A stretch of DNA of 64,000 nt, taken from the NCBI GenBank assembly GCA_012522795.1, contig JAAYJT010000031.1, positions 9,398 to 73,397 of the forward strand. The letters are read 5' to 3'. Below the pieces are notes generated by a model. That model ran no database searches. It was not told the DNA's origin and saw only the letters and a list, made by a program, of their open reading frames with translations. This document shows, piece by piece, positions 29,817 through 39,632 of this stretch; positions within the stretch are counted from its first letter, which is position 1, and every line of letters starts with the position of its first letter. Position numbers and translations under genes: made by a program. This stretch comes from Bacteroidales bacterium (GTDB lineage Bacteria > Bacteroidota > Bacteroidia > Bacteroidales > JAAYJT01).

Positions 29817-31292
29817 CTATAACAACTTAAGCTGTACGTTTGTTTGCTCAAATGCTGTATAATCTTTTGATGAAAGACCAATATAACCACCTTTATAAAA
29901 AACAAAGTTTCCATGCTGATCGAGCTTAAGGTTTGAATAGATGTTTTTTTCATTTGTTCTCCTATATTGATTTATATGCTTGGTTATCATTGCAATATGC
30001 ATGGGATTTTTATTTTCCTCTAAATATTCTATTACAAGTTGTTTAATAGTCCCCAGTTTTACATGATGCCATGATTTAAGAGCATATGTACTACTTTTAC
30101 CTATTGTTGCTATTTCAGGCGAGGAGATTATAGCCGATCTTAGAGATTCAAGGATGATATTTTCCCTTATCTTACGTTTCCTGATCAGATTATAAATTTC
30201 ATTTAAGTGCATTGGGCGTCCTGTTTCAGCTAAAATATATTCAACATGTTCGTGCAATCTGATCTTTGTATTCCGAGGAATTATAATCTCATCATTTATA
30301 TTACAACGCAAATCAAATTCGTTCAGTGCAATTTGTTTACAAACTTCTACAATTCTTTCAAAATATGAAAACTTACCTGGCCTGTAAAAAGTTCTTATAT
30401 AATGCCTGAAATCAATATTATAACTTTTGCGAACCATGGTATTCATTTTTAGCTTTAGGTCGTTATAAAATTTAGCAAAATTAAACTGTTCGAATAATTT
30501 CCTGTGTATCAAGTAATAATTCTTATAAGGCTCAAATGCTTCCTGAAAAAACGAATAATTATTATGATACAAAATTGAAAAACCAAAGCAATAAAACCTA
30601 GAAGTACAATTTAATTCTTCAATTTCATTCAGATGATCTTTAGTCAGATTGTCAATACGAATATAATCTTTGTATCGTTTCAGCTCATATTGCAAATGAT
30701 TTTCAATAAAATTCAGTTTATCAGCAAAAGGCATCAGGAAATCCTTTATCTGTGGTAAGAGGACCATAACAATTTGCCTGGCTCTTTCGCGTGTGATACC
30801 GAACTTATTACCAATAGCCTGAAGAGTATGCTTTTTCTTATCTTCAAAAAATCCGAAATTATGCTCAAAAATAAAATATTCACGCTCTTTTAGCAGATTT
30901 TTAATAACAAGTAGTAAAAACTGAAAAAACGGAAAACGGTCTTCCAGAAATGCATTACGAAAACTTTCAGCCTGAGCGGAGCTTAGTTTGAAAAACTCAA
31001 AACATAACATCTTGCATTCTTCAAACGTACGATGCTGTTCACCAGCAATAAACATATCCTGCAAAGAATCATAATCATCAATGTATTTTTCAGCAAGAGC
31101 TATCAATTCACTGTTGGTTTTTTCACCGCAATTACGTAATGACAGAAAACTTCCATATTCTTTATAAAAAGTAAGAAATTTATAAAGGTTATTCATATCA
31201 TTATCTAAACAAATATTCTTTGCCCGTTCTGATAATTTTTCCTTTAAATGAAGTTCATTAATGTGGTAGTTAACCGGTATACTCTGGTTCAT
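29817..31292 (-). CDS. multi-HTH protein: RNAP alphaCTD-like + sigma70 region 4 + two winged-helix domains
   Basis: LSERAKNIC...LRNCGEKTNSEL; HTLQAIGNKFGITRERARQI; YILAETGRPMHLNEI; EYLEENKNPMHIAMI. Confidence 0.75.
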   Translation of the reverse strand: MNQSIPVNYHINELHLKEKLSERAKNICLDNDMNNLYKFLTFYKEYGSFLSLRNCGEKTNSELIALAEKYIDDYDSLQDMFIAGEQHRTFEECKMLCFEFFKLSSAQAESFRNAFLEDRFPFFQFLLLVIKNLLKEREYFIFEHNFGFFEDKKKHTLQAIGNKFGITRERARQIVMVLLPQIKDFLMPFADKLNFIENHLQYELKRYKDYIRIDNLTKDHLNEIEELNCTSRFYCFGFSILYHNNYSFFQEAFEPYKNYYLIHRKLFEQFNFAKFYNDLKLKMNTMVRKSYNIDFRHYIRTFYRPGKFSYFERIVEVCKQIALNEFDLRCNINDEIIIPRNTKIRLHEHVEYILAETGRPMHLNEIYNLIRKRKIRENIILESLRSAIISSPEIATIGKSSTYALKSWHHVKLGTIKQLVIEYLEENKNPMHIAMITKHINQYRRTNEKNIYSNLKLDQHGNFVFYKGGYIGLSSKDYTAFEQTNVQLKLL

Positions 31293-31402
31293 GGCTTTAA
31301 GGTTTAATGTGTTAATTAAATGGGTTTGTTTGTTTTCTTAATAATGAAATAAATCTTCGACTTTAGCCTTAATTCAAAAGGATAAATTCCTGAATAATGT
31401 CA

Positions 31403-31410
31403 CAAAGATA
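31403..31410 (-). promoter_or_regulatory. sigmaA -7 element TATCTTTG for the multi-HTH gene
   Basis: TAnnTTTG about 110 nt upstream of the start. Confidence 0.5.
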
Positions 31411-31582
31411 AGGTAAAAAGTGTGAAAATGCTAATTTTTAATCGATAAAGTTCATCATAATTTAACAAATGCAACAATAGCGCTACTTTCAGCACATCCA
31501 TTTTTTTATACCGAATGGAAAAATATAACAGACCAATTATCGCTCCGCTCAATTGTTCTGAATATTTTAACCACCGGCATTA

Positions 31583-31634
31583 ACGATTGTAATTTACAAA
31601 ACAGCTTGGACTATTTTGTAAATACAATTCGTAT
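31583..31634. repeat. imperfect inverted repeat; right arm ATTTTGTAAATACAATTCGTAT recurs at 39633-39654
   Basis: ACGATTGTAATTTACAAAA (31583-31601) pairs with TTTTGTAAATACAATTCGT (31614-31632). Confidence 0.7.
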
Positions 31635-31666
31635 TATAAAACACAATTTGAAGCCTAAAACCAGAA

Positions 31667-32872
31667 TTATTTTACCAGCATTCCCTTAACATTCTCAAGT
31701 TTTCCATCCACTTTTGCCGGCTCTACACCAATAATATGTGCTATAAGAGGGTATAAATCAACATTATCAAACTTTGGCTGAACATAACCCTTGCGAAATG
31801 CAGGGCCAACAGCATAAAATATTGCCTGCATATCCAACTGGCGAACATCATATCCATGAGTGCCGCCTGAATTGTAATGATCGGGCGTTGGAGCCCAGTT
31901 GACGCTCCAGGAACTATCTGCTGCCACTATAAGGTCCAGTGTGCGGGGATTGGTGCCATAATTAAGTTCTGATGGAACTTCTCCTTGCTTCCATACCTGA
32001 ATATGATCTACCGCTTTTAGTTCTGTATAAATAGAATCAATATAACCATCGTTAGCCTTGATATTATATACCGGATTCCCGCCCACTGCCTTCTCAACCC
32101 AGTGCTCGGGTATATGATCGCTAAGCGTAACAACACGTTCGGGCGAAATGGCTCCCATACCATGATCTGAAGTAAATATCAGATTAATGCGATTGGCATG
32201 ATCAAGACTGCGTATTTTTTTGCAAAAAACTCCGACAAGACTGTCAAGATACCTTACCTTTCCCAGAGTTACCTCGCTTTCTGGCCCATGTTTATGAGCT
32301 ATTGCATCAGGCTCATGCATATACCACATTATAAGGTGTGGCCGTTCGACTTTGGGTAATTGCAGCCAGGCAACAACACTGTCAATACGTTGCTCAAACG
32401 GGAATTTATGTTCATAATATTTCCATATTGAAGGCTGTATACCTTGTATAGGTAGCTCACTTCCCACCCAGAAATATGAAGCAGTTCTTACATTTTGTTT
32501 TTCAGCGGTTACCCAGATTGGTTCACCACCATAAAAATACGGGTTCATTCTGCTGGCGCTATCCCGCATTGAATAAGTCATGCCGCTTTCAGGGTCATAA
32601 AAATGGTTATTCACTATTCCGTGATGATCAGGATAAAGACCTGTAGCCATGGTATAATGGTTTGGAAATGTATTTGAAGGGAAACCCGAACGTACAGATT
32701 CAGCCCTAACTCCAACTCTTGCAATAGAATCAAGGTTAGGAGTTTCCGTCATATTAGGATAATCCCATCTGAAACCATCCAAAGAAAGCACAAGAAGGTA
32801 ATTTTTTCCTGATTTTTTATTACAGGAACAAAACAAGGCAGCCAATAAGAGAATTGTCAGTATTTTTTTCAT
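31667..32872 (-). CDS. ectonucleotide pyrophosphatase/phosphodiesterase (NPP, alkaline phosphatase superfamily) lipoprotein
   Basis: LSLDGFRWDY, TFPNHYT (Thr nucleophile), EPDAIAH, TSDHGM, GTHGYD; lipobox FCSC. Confidence 0.9.
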   Translation of the reverse strand: MKKILTILLLAALFCSCNKKSGKNYLLVLSLDGFRWDYPNMTETPNLDSIARVGVRAESVRSGFPSNTFPNHYTMATGLYPDHHGIVNNHFYDPESGMTYSMRDSASRMNPYFYGGEPIWVTAEKQNVRTASYFWVGSELPIQGIQPSIWKYYEHKFPFEQRIDSVVAWLQLPKVERPHLIMWYMHEPDAIAHKHGPESEVTLGKVRYLDSLVGVFCKKIRSLDHANRINLIFTSDHGMGAISPERVVTLSDHIPEHWVEKAVGGNPVYNIKANDGYIDSIYTELKAVDHIQVWKQGEVPSELNYGTNPRTLDLIVAADSSWSVNWAPTPDHYNSGGTHGYDVRQLDMQAIFYAVGPAFRKGYVQPKFDNVDLYPLIAHIIGVEPAKVDGKLENVKGMLVK

Positions 32873-32901
32873 CGTGATATAATAAAAATGAGTAGTGAGC
32901 G

Positions 32902-32909
32902 CAAAAATA
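32902..32909 (-). promoter_or_regulatory. sigmaA -7 element TATTTTTG for the NPP gene
   Basis: TAnnTTTG followed by CGC, just downstream of the TBDR terminator. Confidence 0.55.
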
Positions 32910-32911
32910 AA

Positions 32912-32940
32912 TAAAAAGTCCCGCTTTCAAGGGCGGGACT
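32912..32940 (-). terminator. intrinsic terminator after the TBDR gene
   Basis: AGTCCCGC/GCGGGACT stem followed by a T-run on the minus strand. Confidence 0.85.
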
Positions 32941-32965
32941 CGTATAAATTAATTAAAACAAGATA

Positions 32966-35900
32966 TTAGAATAAATATCTAATACCAATTTGCAATTGCC
33001 ACGCCTGACCAAAATTATAGAGCGGTGAGTATGTTTCTGTAGGATATTCGCCACCAACTTTAACCATTGAGAAGCTTGGCACATTGTTAGCATCCTTGCC
33101 TTCATAATTCAGGATACGGCCACCGTTTGATTTTGCATTGGTTTTGTATACACCCCATTCACTGTTCAGGATATTACCAAAGTTCAGCAGGTCGACGCTA
33201 AATTGCAGTGTATTGCGTTGTCCTGCCACCATGAAGTAATATTCACGGGCAAGGCGTAAATCAAATCTGTTAACCCACGGAGCACGGGCTGCATAAGCTT
33301 CAGCATATTCACCTTTGTGTTTGCTGAGATATTTATCTTGTTCCATGAATTTAAAGAAAGCATCTTCATCTTCCTGGCTTATAAATTTAATTTCACCTTT
33401 TTCTTTGGGGATGTATATAAGATCATTCTGAATTCCATCGCCATTCATATCATTAATATAGGCAAAACTGTTTCCATAAGGAGTAAATCCGGTATAGAAC
33501 AGATTAACTATGGTAGAAGACTTCATAGCATCATTACCCCATGGAATTTTGTAATAAACTGACCCAATGAGTTTTGAAGGCATAACATATTGTGAACGCT
33601 GAACCAATGGCAGATGAGGTCCGTCAATCGTGAAAAGTCCGGTATATGCAGATGCTGCATTACTTCCGGGCATTCCGGTAATTTCTTTCGATTCAGTCTT
33701 TGTGTACGACAGCATCAGATGCATATCTTTCACAGGCTCAGCAAATATTGATATATTAGCAATTGCACCCCATCCTTCGTTAGTGTTTGACAAAACATAG
33801 GCATTCCTGTTATTATATGACAAATCAGCTCCTGCAGGATAAATATATCTGTCATCCGGACCATTGAAGCGTTCCCAAGTAGCATCGGGTTCTTTAAGGT
33901 CATAGTTCTTAAGCATCACTCCATTAAGATTCTTGGTGAAGACTCCTTCCAAAGTAATTGACAACGGAAAATCAGTGGGTAACTGATATTCTAGCGCCAA
34001 TGAGGTTTTCCATACCTGAGGCATTTTGAAATCAGGATCAGTACCATTAATATCTCGCGGCAATGCTCCATCTTCAGGAGTTATAGTGCTGGGCAAGCCT
34101 AATATACGTATCATTTCTTCAATATCAGTAAGCATCTTTCCAGCCAACAAAGCAAGTTTAGGATCAACACTGGTTACATTACCATTGTTATCATACTTTG
34201 TAACAGCAGCATAACTTCCCTGTACCATTCCGGAGTTGGTAGGCATATTGGTGAAGAACACCAATGGGAGTCTTCCGGCAAATAATCCGGTACCTCCACG
34301 AAGTTTCATTGATTTGTCACCCTTTATATCCCATGAGAATCCTACCCTGGGAGAGAACTGAATTTTTGCATCAGGCCAATTTCCTGTGTTGATTGTTTTT
34401 CCACCAAAATCCAGAGCACTAATGGCATTGTTCCCGATCAAATTGTCTTCGTAAGCAAGGTAATCCAAACGAACTCCATAAGTTAATTTTAAATCCGGAT
34501 TGATGGTCCACTCATCCTGACCATAGATACCAAACTGGTTGAAAGCAACCTCAGCAGCAGGATTCTTTTCGCCATCGTAACCATAGGTTACTGCAAAGTC
34601 TGTCGGAGCAGCCTGATTCAGGAAATCGTCAATACTTGCATAACGATAATAACCAGTTCCGTTACGCATATATGAGTTATTTGCCATCTGATGCTCAAAT
34701 GTAGCTCCTAAAGTAATTTTATGGTTATTCATATAGATGTTCACGTTATCAACAATGTTAAAAATATTGTTGTGAACACCGTTGTTCCATGTAAACAGCT
34801 CATAACCGGCTGACATATATGGTTCTAGAATCTGACTACCATCATCCCTTAATCCATACATAATATCAATAAACGGGAATGGAGATGAGTTTGAACCTCG
34901 AATGTCAGCAATCTTGGTATAAGTTGTCAGGAATTGATTCGACAATTTATTGGAAAAACGACTATGCAGATCAAGTGCAACAGAGTTTACTATATTATCC
35001 TGTGAGTAAATTGAGTTTGAAAAAGACATTGAATGCTGGGAAATTCTGTTAAGACCACTGAGACGGTAACCGGCATCGGTAGAGTTTCCGTTAGTAGGGA
35101 ACCATGCCTGATTCTTTGTATAATTATATCTTAAACTCAGCTTATTAGCCTTGTTTATGTTCCAGTCAATTCTTGCCATTAGTTTTCTGTTGCTTTCGTC
35201 AGCCGGGTAGCTGGTATATGAACCCGGGTCATATCCATAGTTTGAAATCAAATGCTGTTTCACACGTTCCATATCAGCACTGCTTGTGCGTGAAAGCTGA
35301 AGATTTATGTTTGCAACTCCATCATCTGAAGGTCTCCAGTTAATAACCTGACCGGGTTTTAATTCATATTCACCATTCACGAAGAAGAATACTTTGTTTT
35401 TGATAATGGGACCACCCAATGAAAGTCCATAGGTTTTAACAGATTCTGCATCGCGGACTCCAAAATCAGTATCGCCGATTTTGTTACCGCGCATATCCTG
35501 ATTCCTATAATAAGTGTATAATGAACCTTTGAAAGTGTTAGTTCCTGATTTTGTAATAGCATTAACACCACCACCAATAAAGTTTGTTTGACGAACGTCA
35601 AAAGGAGCTACTACTACCTGAACTTCTTCAATAGCATCCAGCGAAATAGGATTTCCACCACCCGGTAAATTGGAGCTAAGTCCAAAGTTGTTATTAAAGT
35701 TAGCACCGTCAACAGTAAAGTTTGTAGATCTTCCGTCGCCACCGGCAAAACTCATTCCGTTAGCATATGGAGAAAGACGTGCTATGTCCTGAATACTTCT
35801 GTTAATAGTTGGCATTGTACTTATTTCCTGGTTTGAGATATTTATGGAAGCACCTGTTTTATCAGCCTGAAAAGCTGAAGCTCTTTGCCCGATAACCATA

Positions 35901-36259
35901 ATTTCACCCAATTCTACCGAACCCGGCTTTAAAGCAGCATTTAAAACAAAAGTCTGACCCAGGTACAGGGTAATATCAGAATACTTCTCAGTAGAGTATC
36001 CTACATATGAAACTTCCACCAGATATGGTCCTCCTGTTCTCATACCCTGAAGGTTAAACCAACCATCGGTATTAGTAATGGTTCCGTATTGTGTTCCCGA
36101 AGGTCCATGAGTGGCTATTACAGTAGCTCCTGGAAGCACATTTTTATTAAGGTCTGTTACGCGGCCATTCATGCTCGAGGTTGTAACCTGCCCGAACATC
36201 AGCGAAGGCAGTAACATTAATGCCGTAATGACAATGAAAAGTAAATTTGTTTTCTTCAT
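32966..36259 (-). CDS. Oar-like TonB-dependent outer-membrane receptor
   Basis: N-terminal carboxypeptidase-regulatory-like domain, PISLDAIEEVQV...GGGVNAITKSGTN plug, C-terminal QIGIRYLF. Confidence 0.9.
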   Translation of the reverse strand: MKKTNLLFIVITALMLLPSLMFGQVTTSSMNGRVTDLNKNVLPGATVIATHGPSGTQYGTITNTDGWFNLQGMRTGGPYLVEVSYVGYSTEKYSDITLYLGQTFVLNAALKPGSVELGEIMVIGQRASAFQADKTGASINISNQEISTMPTINRSIQDIARLSPYANGMSFAGGDGRSTNFTVDGANFNNNFGLSSNLPGGGNPISLDAIEEVQVVVAPFDVRQTNFIGGGVNAITKSGTNTFKGSLYTYYRNQDMRGNKIGDTDFGVRDAESVKTYGLSLGGPIIKNKVFFFVNGEYELKPGQVINWRPSDDGVANINLQLSRTSSADMERVKQHLISNYGYDPGSYTSYPADESNRKLMARIDWNINKANKLSLRYNYTKNQAWFPTNGNSTDAGYRLSGLNRISQHSMSFSNSIYSQDNIVNSVALDLHSRFSNKLSNQFLTTYTKIADIRGSNSSPFPFIDIMYGLRDDGSQILEPYMSAGYELFTWNNGVHNNIFNIVDNVNIYMNNHKITLGATFEHQMANNSYMRNGTGYYRYASIDDFLNQAAPTDFAVTYGYDGEKNPAAEVAFNQFGIYGQDEWTINPDLKLTYGVRLDYLAYEDNLIGNNAISALDFGGKTINTGNWPDAKIQFSPRVGFSWDIKGDKSMKLRGGTGLFAGRLPLVFFTNMPTNSGMVQGSYAAVTKYDNNGNVTSVDPKLALLAGKMLTDIEEMIRILGLPSTITPEDGALPRDINGTDPDFKMPQVWKTSLALEYQLPTDFPLSITLEGVFTKNLNGVMLKNYDLKEPDATWERFNGPDDRYIYPAGADLSYNNRNAYVLSNTNEGWGAIANISIFAEPVKDMHLMLSYTKTESKEITGMPGSNAASAYTGLFTIDGPHLPLVQRSQYVMPSKLIGSVYYKIPWGNDAMKSSTIVNLFYTGFTPYGNSFAYINDMNGDGIQNDLIYIPKEKGEIKFISQEDEDAFFKFMEQDKYLSKHKGEYAEAYAARAPWVNRFDLRLAREYYFMVAGQRNTLQFSVDLLNFGNILNSEWGVYKTNAKSNGGRILNYEGKDANNVPSFSMVKVGGEYPTETYSPLYNFGQAWQLQIGIRYLF

Positions 36260-36462
36260 ACTTTAAGAATTTTGATTAATAAATATAATAGCTTGAAAAT
36301 TTGTGGGTAAAAATATAAAAGTAAAACCAGTCTCAAAAATAAACTTATTAAAAGTTATTAAACAATAAAACACACAATACCAACTTATTACAACATAACA
36401 TAGTATGCCCTTAACTGTGAATTAACAATAAAACGCAATAATGAAACAGTTTTTAGCGGCGG

Positions 36463-36470
36463 CAAAATTA
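36463..36470 (-). promoter_or_regulatory. sigmaA -7 element TAATTTTG for the TBDR (about 200-nt leader)
   Basis: TAnnTTTG followed by CCGCC. Confidence 0.5.
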
Positions 36471-36537
36471 TAATTTAACCGTTTTAATTCAATAAAAGAC
36501 TGAAAAATATGTGCCAATTTATCATTCTACCTGATTA

Positions 36538-37341
36538 CTAAAGTATGCGCCTGATAAGCCTCAGCTTATGAGTATATTGTTTGGTTTCTTCATTAAAAAT
36601 ACCATGATGGTCAATTTTGTCAGAGCGGACTTTTCCGCTGGCATGAATAATAGTCTGATTATCAAGCATAAGTCCGACATGAGTAATTTGTCCATCCTCA
36701 TTGTCAAAAAATGCGAGGTCGCCGGGATGACTTTCAGAAAGCAAATTAACAACTTCTCCCTGTGTTGCCTGCTGTGAAGAATCTCTTTGTAAAGAAATCC
36801 CGCACAATTTAAAAACCAGTTGAACAAATCCCGAACAATCAATCCCAAAAGGTGTTCTGCCACCCCACAAATAAGGACTTTGTAAAAAGACCCATGCGTT
36901 TTCAATAAGTTTGCGGCAATTGGTACCAATTGAAGGCATAGTTACTTCACCCTCAAACGAATATTTAATCCCCTCAATTTCAAAAGCCTGATCTTTATAT
37001 CCTGGTAATGTGCTACCAATGAGTACCGGAAACATACGGTTACGGGTATGATCATACATAACCTCTACCATATCCGATACAATAGCAGCCTGGCGATTAC
37101 TTAAGGCAACGAAAGTTTCTTCGCTAATGCTTTGATATTCAATCTGGTTCACCCAGCCTTCGTAATTATCAAAACTACATCTTACCCTGTTCCAATTGTA
37201 ATATTTCTCATAAACCACAAATGTTTCGCCAAAAAGGATCTGACTTGTCATTTCGGCGGTGTGGAACGGATGTTTTCGCAGCGGAATGACTGATAAATGA
37301 CCAATACCGTAGCCAATTGGCTTTAAATCAATATTTTCCAT
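36538..37341 (-). CDS. SH3-NlpC/P60 (C40) peptidoglycan peptidase, YkfC-like
   Basis: SQILFGE...DNYEGW SH3; PYLWGG, DCSG, GDLAFF, HVG, IIHAS. Confidence 0.92.
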   Translation of the reverse strand: MENIDLKPIGYGIGHLSVIPLRKHPFHTAEMTSQILFGETFVVYEKYYNWNRVRCSFDNYEGWVNQIEYQSISEETFVALSNRQAAIVSDMVEVMYDHTRNRMFPVLIGSTLPGYKDQAFEIEGIKYSFEGEVTMPSIGTNCRKLIENAWVFLQSPYLWGGRTPFGIDCSGFVQLVFKLCGISLQRDSSQQATQGEVVNLLSESHPGDLAFFDNEDGQITHVGLMLDNQTIIHASGKVRSDKIDHHGIFNEETKQYTHKLRLIRRIL

Positions 37342-37353
37342 ATTCTATTAAAA

Positions 37354-39483
37354 TTACTTTTTCAAACCAAATAAACGTTTTGCTCCCCGCACTATCCTGC
37401 TTATGCGAGTCAGATTTTCATGATATGGAAATACAGAATATTCATCTAACTGCAAACTGCTTTGAGTAGAGCTTCTGGGCGACTGACGGGGATAAACAAC
37501 AATAAAAGAGTATTTCTCAAAATATTTTGAAAGCAAATATGGCATCTCATCAAGGAAGCGCTCATAACTAATGGTAAGCTTGCGGGCACTCATAAAAACA
37601 CATAGATTAGATGTTTTTGCCGTATTGGATATATTCCTTAAATCAGGGAAATTTGTAAATGATTCGCTGTTCAGTTCGATATACGGACTCTGTTTTGAAT
37701 AAGAATTCACAATGAAGTTAACATCTTCCTCATGTGCTATTATTTTGATAGTTGTACCTATTTGAAACGCAAGCCGTTTCAATGCTGCAATACTTTCAGG
37801 AAAACCAAGCTCATACTGGGCTGCCTTGGTGTAGATTACAACTATTTGTCTGAAAGTATTCAGTGGTTCCAATATCTTACAAACCATAATCATCTGATTC
37901 ATGCGTTCAAGCAACTGATCAAGGATACTTCCGAATATCCACTGCCGCGTTGTGATCTTAGCGTTCCACCCTAATATTACAGTGGTAATAAACAATTCTC
38001 TGATTGCACGATTAATTCCATTGCTAACATTTAGATCAACTCTGGTAACCGGCATTATATTGGCATTAACATCGCGCGCAAAAGCAACTGACTCAGTCAA
38101 TTGCTTATTTGCATCCTGAAGCTGTGCTTCTGCTTCTTCTGAATCTTTGATAACAGAAAGGGGGTAAATAGGTTCTGGCGAAGTAAGGTCTTTGATGTAA
38201 ATAGCAAGCTCAATAAGGCGACTGACGTTCTTAGGATTTGCAACAGGCACAAGAATTCGTTCAACCCGGCTGACTTCCGGTGGCTTTTGTAAAGTTGATT
38301 CTATAGCAAGCTTACGTCCTGAATGTTCGGTAACAAAACTGCTTGCCAGACATGTTATAAGAATAAGAATAATGGTTCCGTTCAAAACATTATCGTCAAT
38401 TATACCAAGTTCATAGCCAATAAGTATAACTGCCAGGGTTGCAGCAGCATGCGATGAGCTCAGACCAAAAATTATCTTTCGCTGCAATGAATTATATCTG
38501 AATATCTTTTGGGTAAGAAATGCTGCAATCCATTTACTAAAAATGGCAACTATTGTCATTGAAAAAGCAACAATCAATGCCTGTGAGCCTTGAAACACAA
38601 CCCTAAGATCAACCAGCATACCTACACTTATCAGAAAGAAAGGTATGAATATGGCATTACCTACAAACTCAATTCTGTTCATCAGCACTGAATTTGAAGG
38701 GATCAGACGATTCACAGCAAGGCCAGCCAGAAAAGCCCCTATAATTGGCTCCAGACCGGCAAGTTCAGCAAGAATTCCTGCAATGAAGACCAGAGCAAGT
38801 ACAAACACATACTGATTTGAGCCGATTTCAGGCATATTTCTGAAAAACCACCTTGCCAAAGCAGGATAGCCATATAGAATGATAACCGCAAATACAACAA
38901 GCGAAACTATCATCCGTATCCAAAAAATCATATCCAGCGATCCCTTTGTAGAACCAACAATGACAGCAAGCATCATCAGTACGGCAGTATCAGTGATGAT
39001 AGTACCTCCTACCGTAACAGTAACCGACTCATCCTTTGAAATACCCAGATTGCTTACAATAGGATAAGAGATCAAAGTGTGGGTTGAAAACATACTGGCA
39101 ATTAAAAATGATGTGGTTATTGAAAAATCAAGTAAGTAATGACAAACCACAAACCCGAGACTTAACGGTATAAGGAAAGTAAACAAACCAAAAACGCCGC
39201 TTTTATAGCTATTTTTCTTAAAATGCCCCATGTCAATTTCAAGGGCAGCCATAAACATAATATAAAGCAAACCTACGGTTCCAAACAGGATAATGCTGCT
39301 ATCACGCAACAATATGTTCAATCCATTGGGTCCAATAACGACACCGGCTAACAGCAAACCAATTATACTGGGTATTCGTAATTTTCGGAAAACTATCGGC
39401 GATAACAGGATTATCAGCAAAACCAGTGTAAAGATCACAACCGGATCTTCTAGTGGCAATGTTATTATTGATAAAATTTTCAT
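37354..39483 (-). CDS. CPA2-family cation:proton antiporter with C-terminal USP-like domain
   Basis: multiple TMs, GLLYIMFMAALEID, IIGAFLAGL, FIPFFLISVG; C-terminal RILVPVANP. Confidence 0.88.
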   Translation of the reverse strand: MKILSIITLPLEDPVVIFTLVLLIILLSPIVFRKLRIPSIIGLLLAGVVIGPNGLNILLRDSSIILFGTVGLLYIMFMAALEIDMGHFKKNSYKSGVFGLFTFLIPLSLGFVVCHYLLDFSITTSFLIASMFSTHTLISYPIVSNLGISKDESVTVTVGGTIITDTAVLMMLAVIVGSTKGSLDMIFWIRMIVSLVVFAVIILYGYPALARWFFRNMPEIGSNQYVFVLALVFIAGILAELAGLEPIIGAFLAGLAVNRLIPSNSVLMNRIEFVGNAIFIPFFLISVGMLVDLRVVFQGSQALIVAFSMTIVAIFSKWIAAFLTQKIFRYNSLQRKIIFGLSSSHAAATLAVILIGYELGIIDDNVLNGTIILILITCLASSFVTEHSGRKLAIESTLQKPPEVSRVERILVPVANPKNVSRLIELAIYIKDLTSPEPIYPLSVIKDSEEAEAQLQDANKQLTESVAFARDVNANIMPVTRVDLNVSNGINRAIRELFITTVILGWNAKITTRQWIFGSILDQLLERMNQMIMVCKILEPLNTFRQIVVIYTKAAQYELGFPESIAALKRLAFQIGTTIKIIAHEEDVNFIVNSYSKQSPYIELNSESFTNFPDLRNISNTAKTSNLCVFMSARKLTISYERFLDEMPYLLSKYFEKYSFIVVYPRQSPRSSTQSSLQLDEYSVFPYHENLTRISRIVRGAKRLFGLKK

Positions 39484-39502
39484 TTCGCCCGTTTAATATT
39501 TA

Positions 39503-39510
39503 CAAAATTA
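39503..39510 (-). promoter_or_regulatory. sigmaA -7 element TAATTTTG for CPA2-NlpC/P60, overlapping a 12-bp inverted repeat arm
   Basis: TAnnTTTG 20 nt upstream of the start. Confidence 0.55.
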
Positions 39511-39632
39511 GTTTTTTCGTCATAATACAGGTGAATCACGAGAAATTTTAACAAATATCCTCTTGTCTGGTTTATATGTTAATAAATTAGATATTTCACA
39601 TATTTAGCGTAAATCTTTTATGAAACCCGGAC

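Noticed and set aside
29817-31292. Calling this protein a sigma factor
   Set aside because: No recognisable sigma region 2; only region 4 is present
31608-31634. Reading the repeated motif as an ECF promoter (GGAC-N16/17-CGTA), dif or parS site
   Set aside because: The spacer is the most conserved part, unlike a promoter; no match to XerD-arm or parS consensus
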